Positions 20,513-31,866 of a DNA stretch of 64,000 nucleotides are shown here, piece by piece. The notes under the pieces are model-generated. The model saw only the letters and a program-made list of their open reading frames with translations. It did no database searches and was not told the DNA's origin. Location of the stretch: the NCBI GenBank assembly GCA_902576125.1, contig CACGUF010000005.1, positions 18,657-82,656 of the forward strand. The letters run 5' to 3'. The DNA comes from an uncultured Alphaproteobacteria bacterium. GTDB lineage: Bacteria > Pseudomonadota > Alphaproteobacteria > HIMB59 > GCA-002718135. The position numbers were made by a program, and so were the translations under genes. How positions within the stretch are numbered: position 1 is the first letter of the stretch; the number at the start of each line of letters is the position of its first letter.

Positions 20513-22125
20513 CCTATAAGGGCTTTATCGTGTCTAGTTGGAATATTTGGTCAGTACCGGTTGGAATTATATCTTTAGTTATAATTTCTCCAGTACTGGC
20601 TATTTTTTATTCAGCCCTTTTGGGGGACACAACTTTATGGCCACATCTTTTTTCAACAGTCTTACCAAGATATCTCCTCAATACTTTATTATTAATGTTA
20701 GGTGTTGGAAGTTTAAGTTTGCTCTTTGGTATATCTACTGCATGGCTTGTATCCAGATATGAATTTCCAGGAAGGTCTATTTTTGAATGGGCCCTTTTAT
20801 TACCTGCCGCAGTCCCAGCTTATATCATTGCTTATACTTATACGGATCTCTTAGAATATGCCGGTCCTGTGCAAGGTTATTTAAGAGAAATTTTTAATTG
20901 GCAAAACTCACAAGATTATTGGTTTCCTAATATAAGATCATTGGAAGGAGCTATCCTAGTTATGTCATCAGTGCTGTATCCATACGTTTATTTATTAACT
21001 CGGGCATCATTCATGACTCTTCCTATTTCATATTTTCAAACAAGTGCAATTTATGGTCGAAAACCTTTTTTTGCTGTTGCACTTCCATTGGCAAGACCAG
21101 CAATAATTGCTGGTTTGGCTTTAGTCTTGATGGAAACAATTTCTGATTTTGGCACTGTAGATTATTTTGCAATAGAGACTTTAACTCTGGGTGTTTTTAA
21201 TGTGTGGCTCGGAATGAACAGCTTATCTGGTGCAGCTCAAATATCTTCAATATTATTTTTTATAGTAGTAATACTTCTAACTTTAGAATTAATAGCAAGG
21301 CGAAATCAGAGATTTTATGAAAAACATAGCAGACAAGAATCAATAGATTTAGAAGAGATTTCAAAATTTAAAAAAATATTATTTTTTATAACCTGTTTAA
21401 TTCCACTGATACTTGGTTTTATTATTCCAGTATCTGTTTTATTCAACTTTGTTTTAAAGGGTTATGCTGTTGTTAATATAAGTGAAGTTGTAGATACGGC
21501 TATTACAAGTATTTCTATTTCATTTGTTGCATCTACAACAATCATGCTTTTATCTTTTCTTATGGTAGTTGTTGCAACATACAAATCTAACACTTTTCAG
21601 AAATTACTAATTTTTTTAGCATCTTGTGGATATGCATTTCCTGGTACAATTTTAGCTGTTGGTGTTGTTGTTTTTGTAGGATGGTTAAATGATATATTTT
21701 ATTTTCACATGAGTTATTTTATTGGGGGTTTTTTGGTATTAATTTTTGCTTATACATTAAGGTTTTTAGCTATTGGCAATGGATCAATAAGATCAGGTAT
21801 TATAAGAATTAACCCAAACCTTATTGACGCTTCAAGAACAATGGGCAGAAGTTTTTTAACAACAATGAAAAAAGTTATATTACCCCTTACGTACACAAAT
21901 ATATTGGTTGGTGGAATTTTAGTTTTTGTAGATATTTTAAAAGAACTTCCAATTACTCTTTTATTAAGACCTTTTAATTTTGAAACCCTTGCAACATATG
22001 TCTATCAATATGCATCAGATGAAATGTTGGAAGAGTCATCATTTGCGGCTCTAATAATTGTATTAGCGGGTCTTGGCCCAGTTATTTTTTTAAGTAGAAC
22101 AATAAAAAATATTCTAGTAAAATAA
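20506..22125 (+). CDS. Fe3+ ABC transporter permease (FbpB type)
   Basis: Duplicated permease domains; LYPYVYL, PLARPAI, DFG, KELP..LLLRPFNFETLA. Confidence 0.92.
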   Translation: MVAYKGFIVSSWNIWSVPVGIISLVIISPVLAIFYSALLGDTTLWPHLFSTVLPRYLLNTLLLMLGVGSLSLLFGISTAWLVSRYEFPGRSIFEWALLLPAAVPAYIIAYTYTDLLEYAGPVQGYLREIFNWQNSQDYWFPNIRSLEGAILVMSSVLYPYVYLLTRASFMTLPISYFQTSAIYGRKPFFAVALPLARPAIIAGLALVLMETISDFGTVDYFAIETLTLGVFNVWLGMNSLSGAAQISSILFFIVVILLTLELIARRNQRFYEKHSRQESIDLEEISKFKKILFFITCLIPLILGFIIPVSVLFNFVLKGYAVVNISEVVDTAITSISISFVASTTIMLLSFLMVVVATYKSNTFQKLLIFLASCGYAFPGTILAVGVVVFVGWLNDIFYFHMSYFIGGFLVLIFAYTLRFLAIGNGSIRSGIIRINPNLIDASRTMGRSFLTTMKKVILPLTYTNILVGGILVFVDILKELPITLLLRPFNFETLATYVYQYASDEMLEESSFAALIIVLAGLGPVIFLSRTIKNILVK

Positions 22126-22126
22126 A

Positions 22127-23176
22127 TTAATTAGCAGGAAAAATAAAAGCCTGCTCTTTATCTATCTCTATGCCTACTGCACTGGATTGATTTGGTAAAA
22201 AATTTGGTGGCATGTGACTATGAACGTGAACAATTTCATTATCATTATTTAATACTGATAAATGAACAAAACTATATCCGCCCATTAATTTTGAAGCCAT
22301 TACCGTTCCTTTAATTCCATTAACAGGAGTTTGTGCTTGATTTAATTTTACTGCTTCAGGCCTAATGTATACATCTACATTTTTAGACTCTAGGCTGTCA
22401 TCAACTTTAAACTCTCCAACAGGTGTTTCAACGGTTTTGTTTTTTACTATTCCACTAAATTTATTTGTTTCTCCAAAAAAATTTGCAACATATGATGAGT
22501 TTGGAAGATTATATAATTCTTTTGGAGATCCAGATTGTACTATCTTGCCTTCTTTATTCATAATATAAATTTTATTAGAAATAAACATAGCTTCAAAAGG
22601 ATCATGAGTAACAATTAAAACTGAAATATTAGACTTTTGAAGTAGATGTAAAGTATCATCCCTAACCTCTTCTCTTAAATTTAAATCTAGACTTGAAAAT
22701 GGTTCATCAAGTAACAAAATATCTGGTTTTGAAATAATTGAACGTGCCAAAGCTACTCTTTGTTGTTCACCACCACTTAATTCGTGTGGATATTTATTTA
22801 AAGAATCCGATAGTTTAATTACATCTAGTATTTCCTGAATTGTATGTGAGGTAGATTTATTTTTGATAGCAAATTGCAAGTTTTCTTTTACTGTTTGGTG
22901 TGGAAACAAAGCATAGTCTTGAAATAAAAAACCTATTTTTCTTTTTTCTGTTTTTAAATGAACATCATTTGAACTTACTAGATTGCCATTTAAAAAAATT
23001 TCTCCATCTTGGACATGCGATAAACCTGCAATGAGTTTTAATAAAGTTGTTTTTCCACACCCTGAAGGGCCAAGAATGCAGGCAATAGAATCTTTTTTTA
23101 ATTCAAAATTAACATGATTTAAAATTGGTTTATTATTAATTTTGTGACTAAGTTTTTTTATATTTACTGCCAACAT
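22127..23176 (-). CDS. ABC transporter ATP-binding protein (FbpC-like)
   Basis: GPSGCGKTT, FQDYALFPH, LSGGEQQRVALAR, LLDEPF. Confidence 0.9.
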   Translation of the reverse strand: MLAVNIKKLSHKINNKPILNHVNFELKKDSIACILGPSGCGKTTLLKLIAGLSHVQDGEIFLNGNLVSSNDVHLKTEKRKIGFLFQDYALFPHQTVKENLQFAIKNKSTSHTIQEILDVIKLSDSLNKYPHELSGGEQQRVALARSIISKPDILLLDEPFSSLDLNLREEVRDDTLHLLQKSNISVLIVTHDPFEAMFISNKIYIMNKEGKIVQSGSPKELYNLPNSSYVANFFGETNKFSGIVKNKTVETPVGEFKVDDSLESKNVDVYIRPEAVKLNQAQTPVNGIKGTVMASKLMGGYSFVHLSVLNNDNEIVHVHSHMPPNFLPNQSSAVGIEIDKEQAFIFPAN

Positions 23177-24000
23177 TAAGTGCTTATAGCAGGGTACTTT
23201 GCATTAACAAGAGGTATCCATTCTTTTAGTTTTTTGATTCTATTATCGGGAGACGGGTGAGTGCTAAAAAATTCAGAAGGTCCAGAACCACCCATATCTT
23301 CTTTCATACGTTCCCAAACTTTATATGATTCATGTATATCATAACCTGCTAAGCTAGAAAAAATTAAACCTAGATAATCTGCTTCCGACTCTTGTTTTCT
23401 ATTGAACGGAAGATCTAGTCCAAATTGACGAACATACCCAGTTGCTTGAGGAAGTCTTTGTCCTAATACTAATTTTTCTAACGCCATTATTCCAAGATCA
23501 GTTACCATAGCGGTACTTGCTCTTTCCGCTGAGTGTCTTGCGACAGCGTGAGCTATTTCATGGCCCATTACAGATGCTACTCCATCTTCATTTTTTAGAA
23601 TTGGTAAGATACCAGAATAAAACGCAATTTTACCACCAGGCATACACCATGCGTTTTTTGTTTGATCATCATCAACGAGAACAAATTCCCATTGAAAGTT
23701 AGATGTAGGATCTTCCTGAGAATTAGTTTCATAATAAATATTTATTGCATCACGAATTTTAAATCCAATATCAACAATTTGATTATACTCTGAAGTACCA
23801 GTGATTAGCTTAGATTGGGCTTTAAAATTATTGTATGCAGGAAAAGTTCTTGAATATAAAAAATCGTCTGAGAGAATATTTAATTGTTGCCGATCAGATA
23901 AAGCAACTTCAGTGCAAGATGGAAGAATTAAAGATGAAGCACACACGCATGAGCATCCATAAATAAATTTTCTTCTTGATATGTTATTAAAAACTGACAT
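23176..24000 (-). CDS. M48-family metallopeptidase (Tat/lipoprotein)
   Basis: SRRKF signal, NAWCMPGG, HEIAH, ESEAD, STHP. Confidence 0.9.
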   Translation of the reverse strand: MSVFNNISRRKFIYGCSCVCASSLILPSCTEVALSDRQQLNILSDDFLYSRTFPAYNNFKAQSKLITGTSEYNQIVDIGFKIRDAINIYYETNSQEDPTSNFQWEFVLVDDDQTKNAWCMPGGKIAFYSGILPILKNEDGVASVMGHEIAHAVARHSAERASTAMVTDLGIMALEKLVLGQRLPQATGYVRQFGLDLPFNRKQESEADYLGLIFSSLAGYDIHESYKVWERMKEDMGGSGPSEFFSTHPSPDNRIKKLKEWIPLVNAKYPAIST

Positions 24001-24026
24001 TAATTTCTAAATATAAAAAAAACATA

Positions 24027-25007
24027 ATGAACTCAACCCTTCATATACCAAAAGCAGAAATTCATGTCCATCTTGAGGCAACAATAACTCCCTCTTTATG
24101 TAGAAAATTTGCTGAGCGAAATAAAGTTAAGCTATCTGAGGATATTTTTGGCTCTGAGTATGCATATCAATGGGAGGATTTTTATGATTTCATTAAAAGA
24201 TACGACATTGTGACTGGCGTTATTTATACTCCAGAAGATTATTATGAATTAACTTATGAATATCTAAAAGAATGCGCTTCTTACAATGTGCTTTATGTTG
24301 AGGCGATGGTTTCTTCAACACATGCTAAAGCTAAGGGTATGACTTATCATTCCTTTTTAGACAGTGTTCATCAGGCTTCTCAAGATGCAGAAAAAGATTT
24401 TGGTATTGTTTCAAGATATTTAATGAATGGAATAAGACATTTAGGCGCTGACTCTGTTCAAGAAACGGCAGAAGAAGTTCTTAATAATCCTCATCCAGCA
24501 CTTGTGGGATTTGGTTTGGCAGGTGACGAACTACATTTTCCACCCGATTTATTTACCAAAACATTTGATATGTTAAAGCAAGAGTCATATCCTATCACTG
24601 TTCATGCTGGAGAATGGGATGGTCCAGAAAATATACGTAATGCTATTCATCTCTTACATCCAACTCGTTTAGGTCATGGCGTTCGCTCCATAGAGGATTT
24701 AGATTTAGTAAAAGAAATTGTGGAGAAAGATATTGTTTTAGAAACTTGTCCTACAAGCAATATTGCAACAAAAATTTATGAGAATTATGAATCGCATCCT
24801 GTGAAAAAACTACATGAGTTAGGGGCAAGAGTAACTGTTAACTCTGATGATCCTCCTTTTTTTAATGCAACAATCCAAGGTGAGTATGACGCTATGGCTG
24901 ATATAGGTTTTTCTGAGCAAGAACTTTTATCAATGACGCGTAATGCAATTGAATCTTCTTTTCTCCCAGAAGATAAAAAAACAGAAATATTAACTAAATT
25001 AAATTAG
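24027..25007 (+). CDS. add: adenosine deaminase
   Basis: PKAEIHVHLE, HAGE, RLGHG, CPTSN, NSDDPPFF. Confidence 0.92.
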   Translation: MNSTLHIPKAEIHVHLEATITPSLCRKFAERNKVKLSEDIFGSEYAYQWEDFYDFIKRYDIVTGVIYTPEDYYELTYEYLKECASYNVLYVEAMVSSTHAKAKGMTYHSFLDSVHQASQDAEKDFGIVSRYLMNGIRHLGADSVQETAEEVLNNPHPALVGFGLAGDELHFPPDLFTKTFDMLKQESYPITVHAGEWDGPENIRNAIHLLHPTRLGHGVRSIEDLDLVKEIVEKDIVLETCPTSNIATKIYENYESHPVKKLHELGARVTVNSDDPPFFNATIQGEYDAMADIGFSEQELLSMTRNAIESSFLPEDKKTEILTKLN

Positions 25008-25968
25008 ATAGTTTAACCAAAGGTCTTGCGCCGTAATGGGAGATAATCTCTGCTGCTGCAATGGACGCATAGTTTCCGCAGGTAGCAAGATCTTTTTCTT
25101 TTGCCATGCCAAATAAAAAACCACCTGCATATAAATCTCCAGCACCTGTTGTATCCACAACTCTGTCAACTTGCACAGGCTTAACTTCAATAACCTCATC
25201 ATTGTTAATAATAACTGATCCATCTGCAGCTTTTGTGATAGCAACAATCATGTTTAGTGACTTTGCATATTCAACAGCTTTATCAAAACTATCACTTTCA
25301 CACTGAGCTTTAATTTCATCTTCATTGGCAAATAAAATATCTACATCATTTTCAATAAGCTCTTTGAAGGAGTCTCTATGTCTATCAACACAAAACAAAT
25401 CTGATAAAGTAAACGCAATTTTTTGATTATCTGATTTACATATATCAACCATTTTCTTCATAGCCATTTTAGCATCTTGATTGTCCCACAAATAACCTTC
25501 TAGATAAGCAATTTTATGACTAGTTATGTGTTCTGGATGAATATCTTCAGGCCCAATTAGGGTTCCCGCTCCTAAAAATGTACACATGGTTCTTGTTCCA
25601 TCGTCTTCAACAAAAATAGTACAACAACCAGTGGAGATATCAGGAGAAGTGAAACCAAGCGGGAATTGTAATCCCTCTCTAACCATATCTTTTTGAAGAA
25701 ATACTCCTACTTCATCATTTTTTATTTTTCCTATAAAACTTCCATTTCCACCAAATGAGGTAATACCAAACATCGAATTTCCTAGAGAGCCACCTCCAGC
25801 CATTTCTTTGATAGAATAATTTTGATGGAGAGAATTTTTTAAATCTTCATCAATTAAATTCATCGAGTCACGATTTAAATTATTTTTTTCGACCTCTTGT
25901 TTATTTGATGGAATAATGGCATCAACCATAGCATTTCCAATGCCTACAATATCTAATTTTTCACTCAT
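24994..25968 (-). CDS. adenosine kinase-like PfkB carbohydrate kinase
   Basis: GIGNAMVD, RTMCTFLGA, YLEGYLWD, FANEDE, DTTGAGD. Confidence 0.88.
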   Translation of the reverse strand: MSEKLDIVGIGNAMVDAIIPSNKQEVEKNNLNRDSMNLIDEDLKNSLHQNYSIKEMAGGGSLGNSMFGITSFGGNGSFIGKIKNDEVGVFLQKDMVREGLQFPLGFTSPDISTGCCTIFVEDDGTRTMCTFLGAGTLIGPEDIHPEHITSHKIAYLEGYLWDNQDAKMAMKKMVDICKSDNQKIAFTLSDLFCVDRHRDSFKELIENDVDILFANEDEIKAQCESDSFDKAVEYAKSLNMIVAITKAADGSVIINNDEVIEVKPVQVDRVVDTTGAGDLYAGGFLFGMAKEKDLATCGNYASIAAAEIISHYGARPLVKLSNLI

Positions 25969-26849
25969 TTTTGCTTAATTATTATTGGTACTAATTGCAC
26001 TATAATGACTCCCGCAAATATTGCAAGACATCCTAGTATTTTTTGAGTGTCTAAAACTTGATTTAATAATATCCAACCAGCTATTACTGCAAAAACTGAT
26101 TCCATTGATAGAATAATTGCAGCTGGCGCAGGATTAACTTTATGTTGAGCTATAATTTGAAGCGTATAACCAATTCCTGCAGAAAAGATTCCTGTATACA
26201 ATATTTCAAACCATTCAATTTGCATATTTGATAATTTTGGATCTTCCCAAGTAAAAGCTAAAAACATTGAGAGAATAAAGACTATGAAGTACTGAATACT
26301 TCCAAAAAGAAAGGGGCTGTTTAATTTTTTTATAAAAATATCAATACAGATAATATGTAAGGCAAAAAATAAAGCGGCGATGAACAGGAGTGAATCTGAT
26401 TGTTGCATTTCTATTGATTGGTTAGAAGACAATAAGTAGGATCCATAAAGACAGAGCAATATGGCGATCCAAACTATCCAATGAACTTGTTTTTTAATAA
26501 TAAATCTAGAGATAATACCAACAAATGGAACATAAAGTGTACTTAAAAAAGCAGCATTAGAAATCATTGATTTTTGTAAAGCATATTGCTGTAAACCCAT
26601 CCCACCGAATAAAAAAAAACCAGTCGCTATACAAAGATAAATTTTTGTCCTATCACTTAATATTTTAGAAATATTGTTTCTTTCTAAATAAATTGCAAAT
26701 GGCAACACTGTAAGAAATGCAAAGAAGAATCTACCAAAGCTAAATGTAAAAGGTCCAATAGCGCCCATACCTGTTGTTTGACTAACAAAAGCAGTTCCCC
26801 AAATTAGGGTAGCAATAAGCATAAGAATATTTGCTCTAGTGTGACTCAT
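25965..26849 (-). CDS. DMT/EamA transporter
   Basis: About 10 TM helices, IWGTAF, duplicated EamA domains. Confidence 0.85.
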   Translation of the reverse strand: MSHTRANILMLIATLIWGTAFVSQTTGMGAIGPFTFSFGRFFFAFLTVLPFAIYLERNNISKILSDRTKIYLCIATGFFLFGGMGLQQYALQKSMISNAAFLSTLYVPFVGIISRFIIKKQVHWIVWIAILLCLYGSYLLSSNQSIEMQQSDSLLFIAALFFALHIICIDIFIKKLNSPFLFGSIQYFIVFILSMFLAFTWEDPKLSNMQIEWFEILYTGIFSAGIGYTLQIIAQHKVNPAPAAIILSMESVFAVIAGWILLNQVLDTQKILGCLAIFAGVIIVQLVPIIIKQK

Positions 26850-26866
26850 TGAAAATAATTAAAAAT

Positions 26867-28654
26867 TTATTGTTTGTCTTTATTAACCCACCAGGATTCA
26901 ATTACAATTCCATAAAGTGGTATTTTATCTGGATATTCAAAAAAATCCCAATAAGCAATCCTATCTTTATTACTATGATACAAAGGTACAACATAGTGCC
27001 CCCATAACAAAACTCTATCTAGCGCGTGAATTGCAGTTGTTAACTCTTCTCTATTTTTTGCACTAATTAATTTTTCAATTAACGCATCAACGGCAGGACT
27101 ATTAATACCAGGATAATTTCTACTTCCATCTTTTTTACCTACCTCTGAACCCCAATAAAACTGTTGTTCGTTTCCTGGACTCAAACTAACACCCCAGTAT
27201 CGTTTAATCATGTCAAAATCATAGTTTAGAAGTCGTGCTTGATACTGAGATGAATCAACGGTCCTAACTTCCATTGTAATACCAAGTTTTTTTAAATTAC
27301 TTTGGTAAGCTAGTGCTATTTTTTCATCTGATGGACTTACTATTAAAAATTCAAATTTAAATTCATCACCATCTTTTGTAAGTTTGTTATTTTTAATAAT
27401 CCATCCTTCTTTTTCTAAGATTTCTTTTGCTTTCAGCAAATTTTCTCTTGCATTACCACTACCGTCTGTTTTGGGAGGTGTAAATGTTTCTGTAAATATT
27501 TCAGATGGAATTTGATCTCTCCATGGATTAAGTAATTTAAGCTCAGCATCAGAGGGAAGACCAGTAGAAGAAAGAGGAGAATTATCAAAGAAACTATCAG
27601 TTCTTACATAAGCGTTTTGATAAATTGTTTTGTTAATCCATTCATGATCATAAGCATAACTTAACGCCAATCTTACATTCCTGTTATTAAAGATATTTTT
27701 TCTTGTATTCATGACAAGACCATTCATTCCAACAGGTCTATCGTTATTCATTTCTTCTAATATAACCTCTCCAGAGTCTACTGCTTTAAAATTATATTCA
27801 GATAACCATCTCTTAACATTATATTCTCTTCTAAAATCATATTCTCCCACTTTAAATGCTTCCACTAATACATTAGAGTCTTTGTAGTAATCATAGATTA
27901 TTGTATCAAAATTATAGAGACCTTTATTTACAGGTAAGTCTTTTGCCCAATAGTTTTTTACTCTTTTATATTTTATTTGACGTCCTGGATCTAAACTTTC
28001 AATTGTATATGGACCACTTCCCAGAGGAATGTCTAAAAATGTTTTTGTAACATCAATATTTTCATAATATTTTTTTGGAATTATTGGTAAGAAACCCGCT
28101 ACAATAAGTGGAAGTTCTTTATCTTCATTATTAACAAAAACCATTTTGATACCATTGTTGCCAATTAATTCTGTTGAAATAATTTTTCCATAAGTTTTTT
28201 TCTGATTAGGAGTTCCTTTTGTTTGAAACGTTTCAAGGCTAAATAATACGTCATCTCTAGTAATAGGTGATCCATCATGAAAAGTTGCTTTAGGATTTAA
28301 ATAGAAAGTAACAGAAGATCTATCTTCAGGCATCTCAACAAATTCAGCAATTAGTCCATATAATGAAAATGCTTCATCCCAAACTCTACGCATTAATGTA
28401 TCGTTTACATAACCAAGTCCTGCAGCTTTTGATCCCTTAAACGCTACTCTATTTAAATTATCAAATGAACCATATGATCCAAATTTAACCACTCCACCCT
28501 TTGGTGCACTAGGATTCACATAATCTAAGTTTGAAAAATTACTTTCATATTTTGGCTTGCCATGCATTGCAATGCCATGGGTTTTATTAGCAAATGCATT
28601 AGAGTTAAGAAATATTAGAAATATACTAAAAAAGATTATGTATTTAAGATTCAT
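26867..28654 (-). CDS. family-5 ABC substrate-binding protein (YejA-like)
   Basis: HGIAMHG, YVNPSAPKGG, FHDG, PLGSGPY, SPGNEQ, ALDRVL. Confidence 0.88.
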   Translation of the reverse strand: MNLKYIIFFSIFLIFLNSNAFANKTHGIAMHGKPKYESNFSNLDYVNPSAPKGGVVKFGSYGSFDNLNRVAFKGSKAAGLGYVNDTLMRRVWDEAFSLYGLIAEFVEMPEDRSSVTFYLNPKATFHDGSPITRDDVLFSLETFQTKGTPNQKKTYGKIISTELIGNNGIKMVFVNNEDKELPLIVAGFLPIIPKKYYENIDVTKTFLDIPLGSGPYTIESLDPGRQIKYKRVKNYWAKDLPVNKGLYNFDTIIYDYYKDSNVLVEAFKVGEYDFRREYNVKRWLSEYNFKAVDSGEVILEEMNNDRPVGMNGLVMNTRKNIFNNRNVRLALSYAYDHEWINKTIYQNAYVRTDSFFDNSPLSSTGLPSDAELKLLNPWRDQIPSEIFTETFTPPKTDGSGNARENLLKAKEILEKEGWIIKNNKLTKDGDEFKFEFLIVSPSDEKIALAYQSNLKKLGITMEVRTVDSSQYQARLLNYDFDMIKRYWGVSLSPGNEQQFYWGSEVGKKDGSRNYPGINSPAVDALIEKLISAKNREELTTAIHALDRVLLWGHYVVPLYHSNKDRIAYWDFFEYPDKIPLYGIVIESWWVNKDKQ

Positions 28655-28742
28655 TTAAACTTTTTATCAACTAAATATGGTATTTTGAAGAGGAAGTTCT
28701 TTGAAACTACTCTTTTTCTAATTACGATATATATAGAATAAA

Positions 28743-29660
28743 ATGAAAATTTTACCCTCAGAAATAACTTCTTACAAAAATTACTTGAATAGGAGAAAAT
28801 TCATTAAATCTTCTATAGCAAGTAGCCTAGTAATAGCAGCGTCAACAGGCCTTAAAGCTAACCACACATCAAATAAAAATATATATGATAATCAACTTGA
28901 TGAAAATGACTCACTAAATAGCTTTGAGGAAATAACTACTTATAATAATTTTTATGAATTTGGTATGGGTAAGACTGATCCTTCTGAAAATTCTAGTGAT
29001 TTTAAACCAAAACCATGGTCTATATCTCTTGAAGGTTTAATCAATAATCCTCAAGTTCTTGATTTGGAAAAACTTTTACAACAGGTAACTATTGAAGACA
29101 GGGTATATAGATTAAGATGTGTTGAAGCTTGGTCCATGGTAATTCCTTGGCAAGGGTTTCCTTTATCAGAATTAATTAAAATTGCTGACCCACTATCATC
29201 TGCAAAATTTATTCAATTCGTTACAGTATTTAGACCCGAAGAAATGCCTGGTCAAAAAAGAAGATTGCTACCCTGGCCCTATGTAGAAGGTTTACGCATG
29301 GATGAAGCGATGCATCCTTTAACTATATTATCATCAGGATTATATGGACATGATTTACTTAATCAAAGCGGTGCTCCACTTCGATTAGTTGTGCCGTGGA
29401 AGTATGGTTTTAAATCTATTAAATCGATTTCCTCTATTCGTTTTGTTGATAAACAGCCTGAGGCTACATGGTCTATGTTGGCCCCTAGTGAATATGGTTT
29501 TTATTCTAATGTAAATAATCTTGTTGATCACCCTAGATGGAGTCAGAATACCGAAAGACGCATTGGTGAATTTAAAAGACGTAATACTCTAATGTATAAT
29601 GGATACGAAGAAGAGGTTAGTTATTTATATGAGGGAATGGATTTAGAAAAATATTATTAA
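28743..29660 (+). CDS. msrP: protein-methionine-sulfoxide reductase catalytic subunit
   Basis: RRKF Tat signal, [43 protein letters not shown]. Confidence 0.96.
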   Translation: MKILPSEITSYKNYLNRRKFIKSSIASSLVIAASTGLKANHTSNKNIYDNQLDENDSLNSFEEITTYNNFYEFGMGKTDPSENSSDFKPKPWSISLEGLINNPQVLDLEKLLQQVTIEDRVYRLRCVEAWSMVIPWQGFPLSELIKIADPLSSAKFIQFVTVFRPEEMPGQKRRLLPWPYVEGLRMDEAMHPLTILSSGLYGHDLLNQSGAPLRLVVPWKYGFKSIKSISSIRFVDKQPEATWSMLAPSEYGFYSNVNNLVDHPRWSQNTERRIGEFKRRNTLMYNGYEEEVSYLYEGMDLEKYY

Positions 29661-29663
29661 TTA

Positions 29664-30269
29664 ATGATACCCACTCAATCATTTAAAAAAACTAAACCAA
29701 TCATATTTTTAGCATTCCTACTTCCAAGTATGTTTTGGTCTTATCAATTTATTATTGGCTCTTTAGGTGTAAATCCAATTGAGAAATTAATGGATAATAT
29801 GGGGGAAATGGCTTTACGCTTAATAGTATTAACATTATTTATTTCTTCTTTAAGTGAATTCAAAAAATTTCGTTTTTTAATTGAAGTAAGAAGAATGATA
29901 GGATTATTTGCTTTCTTTTATGTGTCTTTGCATTTTTTAACTTACATAGCTCTAGATCATTTTTTTGATATGACGTTTATTATTAAAGATATAATAAAGA
30001 GACCCTTCATCACTTTTGGATTTATTAGTTTTATTTTTTTAATTCCCTTAGTTATTACTTCACCAAAAAAAATGTTAAAAAAATTAGGATTCAAAGTATG
30101 GAAAAGAATTCATTATTTAATTTACCCAGCTGCAATTTTATCCAGTGTACACTTTTATATGTTGGTTAGGGCAAATAAAATTGAACCAGCAATTTATATT
30201 TTTTTAATCTTATTACTGCTACTTTATAGATTGTACTTTAAGATTATTCTTCCTCAATTGGCTCGGTAA
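29664..30269 (+). CDS. msrQ: MsrPQ heme-binding membrane subunit
   Basis: RRMIGL..FFY..LH, KRPFIT.G, WKRIHYLIY, H ligands; follows msrP. Confidence 0.93.
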   Translation: MIPTQSFKKTKPIIFLAFLLPSMFWSYQFIIGSLGVNPIEKLMDNMGEMALRLIVLTLFISSLSEFKKFRFLIEVRRMIGLFAFFYVSLHFLTYIALDHFFDMTFIIKDIIKRPFITFGFISFIFLIPLVITSPKKMLKKLGFKVWKRIHYLIYPAAILSSVHFYMLVRANKIEPAIYIFLILLLLLYRLYFKIILPQLAR

Positions 30270-31482
30270 TAGGATTAAGCTCCATACCTGCAGGTGTAAT
30301 ATTGCGAGGAAGGGGAACATATTGTGACTCACTATCTGCAGGTATAGCTCTTTTTGTTATACGATATAAGCCAAATAGCCCAAGTAAAGTATGTACTAAT
30401 AGCAGAAATATATGAAAGCCGTTAGGACCTGTGAGATTCATTATTGCTGAAACTATAAGAGGCCCTAAAATAGAACCTATTCCAATAAGTCTTACAAACG
30501 CAGAGCTTGCAGCAACAATTTCATTTTGCTCGAGGAAATCGTTTGTATGAGCTATAGCTAAAGAATACATTGGTAAAGATACACAGGAATAAAGTGCTGT
30601 CAAAATGAAAAACAAGGTTAAAGAAATATATGAAGAGCCAATAATAAGCACACACAAACCTGCAGCTATAAAAGTAACCCCTATTAAGATTATGCGCCGA
30701 TCCATCTTATCTGATAAATAACCAATCGGCCATTGAGATAAGGCACCAAAGGATGTGATAATAATCATAAAAATTGAAACTTCTAAAACACTTAGTCCTT
30801 TTGCTGTCGCATAAACAGCGCCATATCCGAATACCACACTATGGGCTAAACCTGTAAACAATGCGCCAACAAAACCCAAAGGGGAAACTGCATAAAACTC
30901 TGATAGAGAAAAACTTTTTGTATTATTAGTGTTGGGTTGTTCTGTTGAAGAGAGAAGAATGGGTAATAAAGCAAAAGACAATAAAACAGATACTAAGATG
31001 AATAAATCAACTTTTAGAGGATCACTAATATTCAAAAATAATTGTCCCAAACCAAGAAACACAAAAGTGATAATCATATAAATAGATAAGAGTTTACCGC
31101 GCGTTTGATTTGTTGATTTATCATTTAACCAACTCTCCATAATAATATAAATCCCAGACAAACTTATTCCAGAAAAAATTCTAATTATGAACCACGAAAA
31201 TGGATCTAAAAATATAGAATGAAGCAAGATAGCAATTGATGCTAAAGAAGCAAGCGCAGCAAATACACGGATATGTCCAACACGTTTTAAAAAGATAGGT
31301 ATAAGAGTAGAACCTGTTAAAAAGCCAGTATAATAACCAGCGATAATTAATCCTGTAGAGATAAAACTAAAGCCTTCGAGAACAGACCTAACACCGATTA
31401 AACTACCTTGAAGTCCGTGACCTATACAAATGATCCCAAAACCAAAAAAAAGAGCCCAAGTGTTGCGCAGCACAGTTAACAT
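30244..31482 (-). CDS. MFS transporter (YcaD-like)
   Basis: RVGHIRVF, ESWLN, QWPIGYLSD..DRR, AHTND. Confidence 0.87.
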   Translation of the reverse strand: MLTVLRNTWALFFGFGIICIGHGLQGSLIGVRSVLEGFSFISTGLIIAGYYTGFLTGSTLIPIFLKRVGHIRVFAALASLASIAILLHSIFLDPFSWFIIRIFSGISLSGIYIIMESWLNDKSTNQTRGKLLSIYMIITFVFLGLGQLFLNISDPLKVDLFILVSVLLSFALLPILLSSTEQPNTNNTKSFSLSEFYAVSPLGFVGALFTGLAHSVVFGYGAVYATAKGLSVLEVSIFMIIITSFGALSQWPIGYLSDKMDRRIILIGVTFIAAGLCVLIIGSSYISLTLFFILTALYSCVSLPMYSLAIAHTNDFLEQNEIVAASSAFVRLIGIGSILGPLIVSAIMNLTGPNGFHIFLLLVHTLLGLFGLYRITKRAIPADSESQYVPLPRNITPAGMELNPITEPIEEE

Positions 31483-31504
31483 TGTATTTTATTTTAATTA
31501 AAAA

Positions 31505-31861
31505 TTAGTATTCTTCTTCGCCTTCATCAGGTGTTACTATACCTGCATCAGCAGCTGGATCAATTTCTGTTTCATCTTCGAGAAGCACAGTATCATCCTC
31601 AAGATTATCCTCATTATTTTCTATATCCAAGTTTTCGATATCTAATTCATCATCTTTTTCTTTTGGTTTTGCAGGAATTGGATTTACTAAAGGAGCAGCA
31701 TTTGTACTACCTGGTTTTCTGCCTCGTCTTGGTCTAGACATTGTGGTAACTTCGATTTCTTTACCACATTCTGGACATTCTAACTCTGTTCTTCCTAAGT
31801 CGTAGTATTGTTTACTACACATCGGACAAATTCTTTTCTCTCCCCAAGATTCTTTGTACAT
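31505..31861 (-). CDS. FYDLN_acid (TIGR02300)-family protein
   Basis: WGEKRICPMC...YYDL...CPECG zinc ribbon and acidic tail. Confidence 0.8.
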   Translation of the reverse strand: MYKESWGEKRICPMCSKQYYDLGRTELECPECGKEIEVTTMSRPRRGRKPGSTNAAPLVNPIPAKPKEKDDELDIENLDIENNEDNLEDDTVLLEDETEIDPAADAGIVTPDEGEEEY

Positions 31862-31866
31862 ATTAA

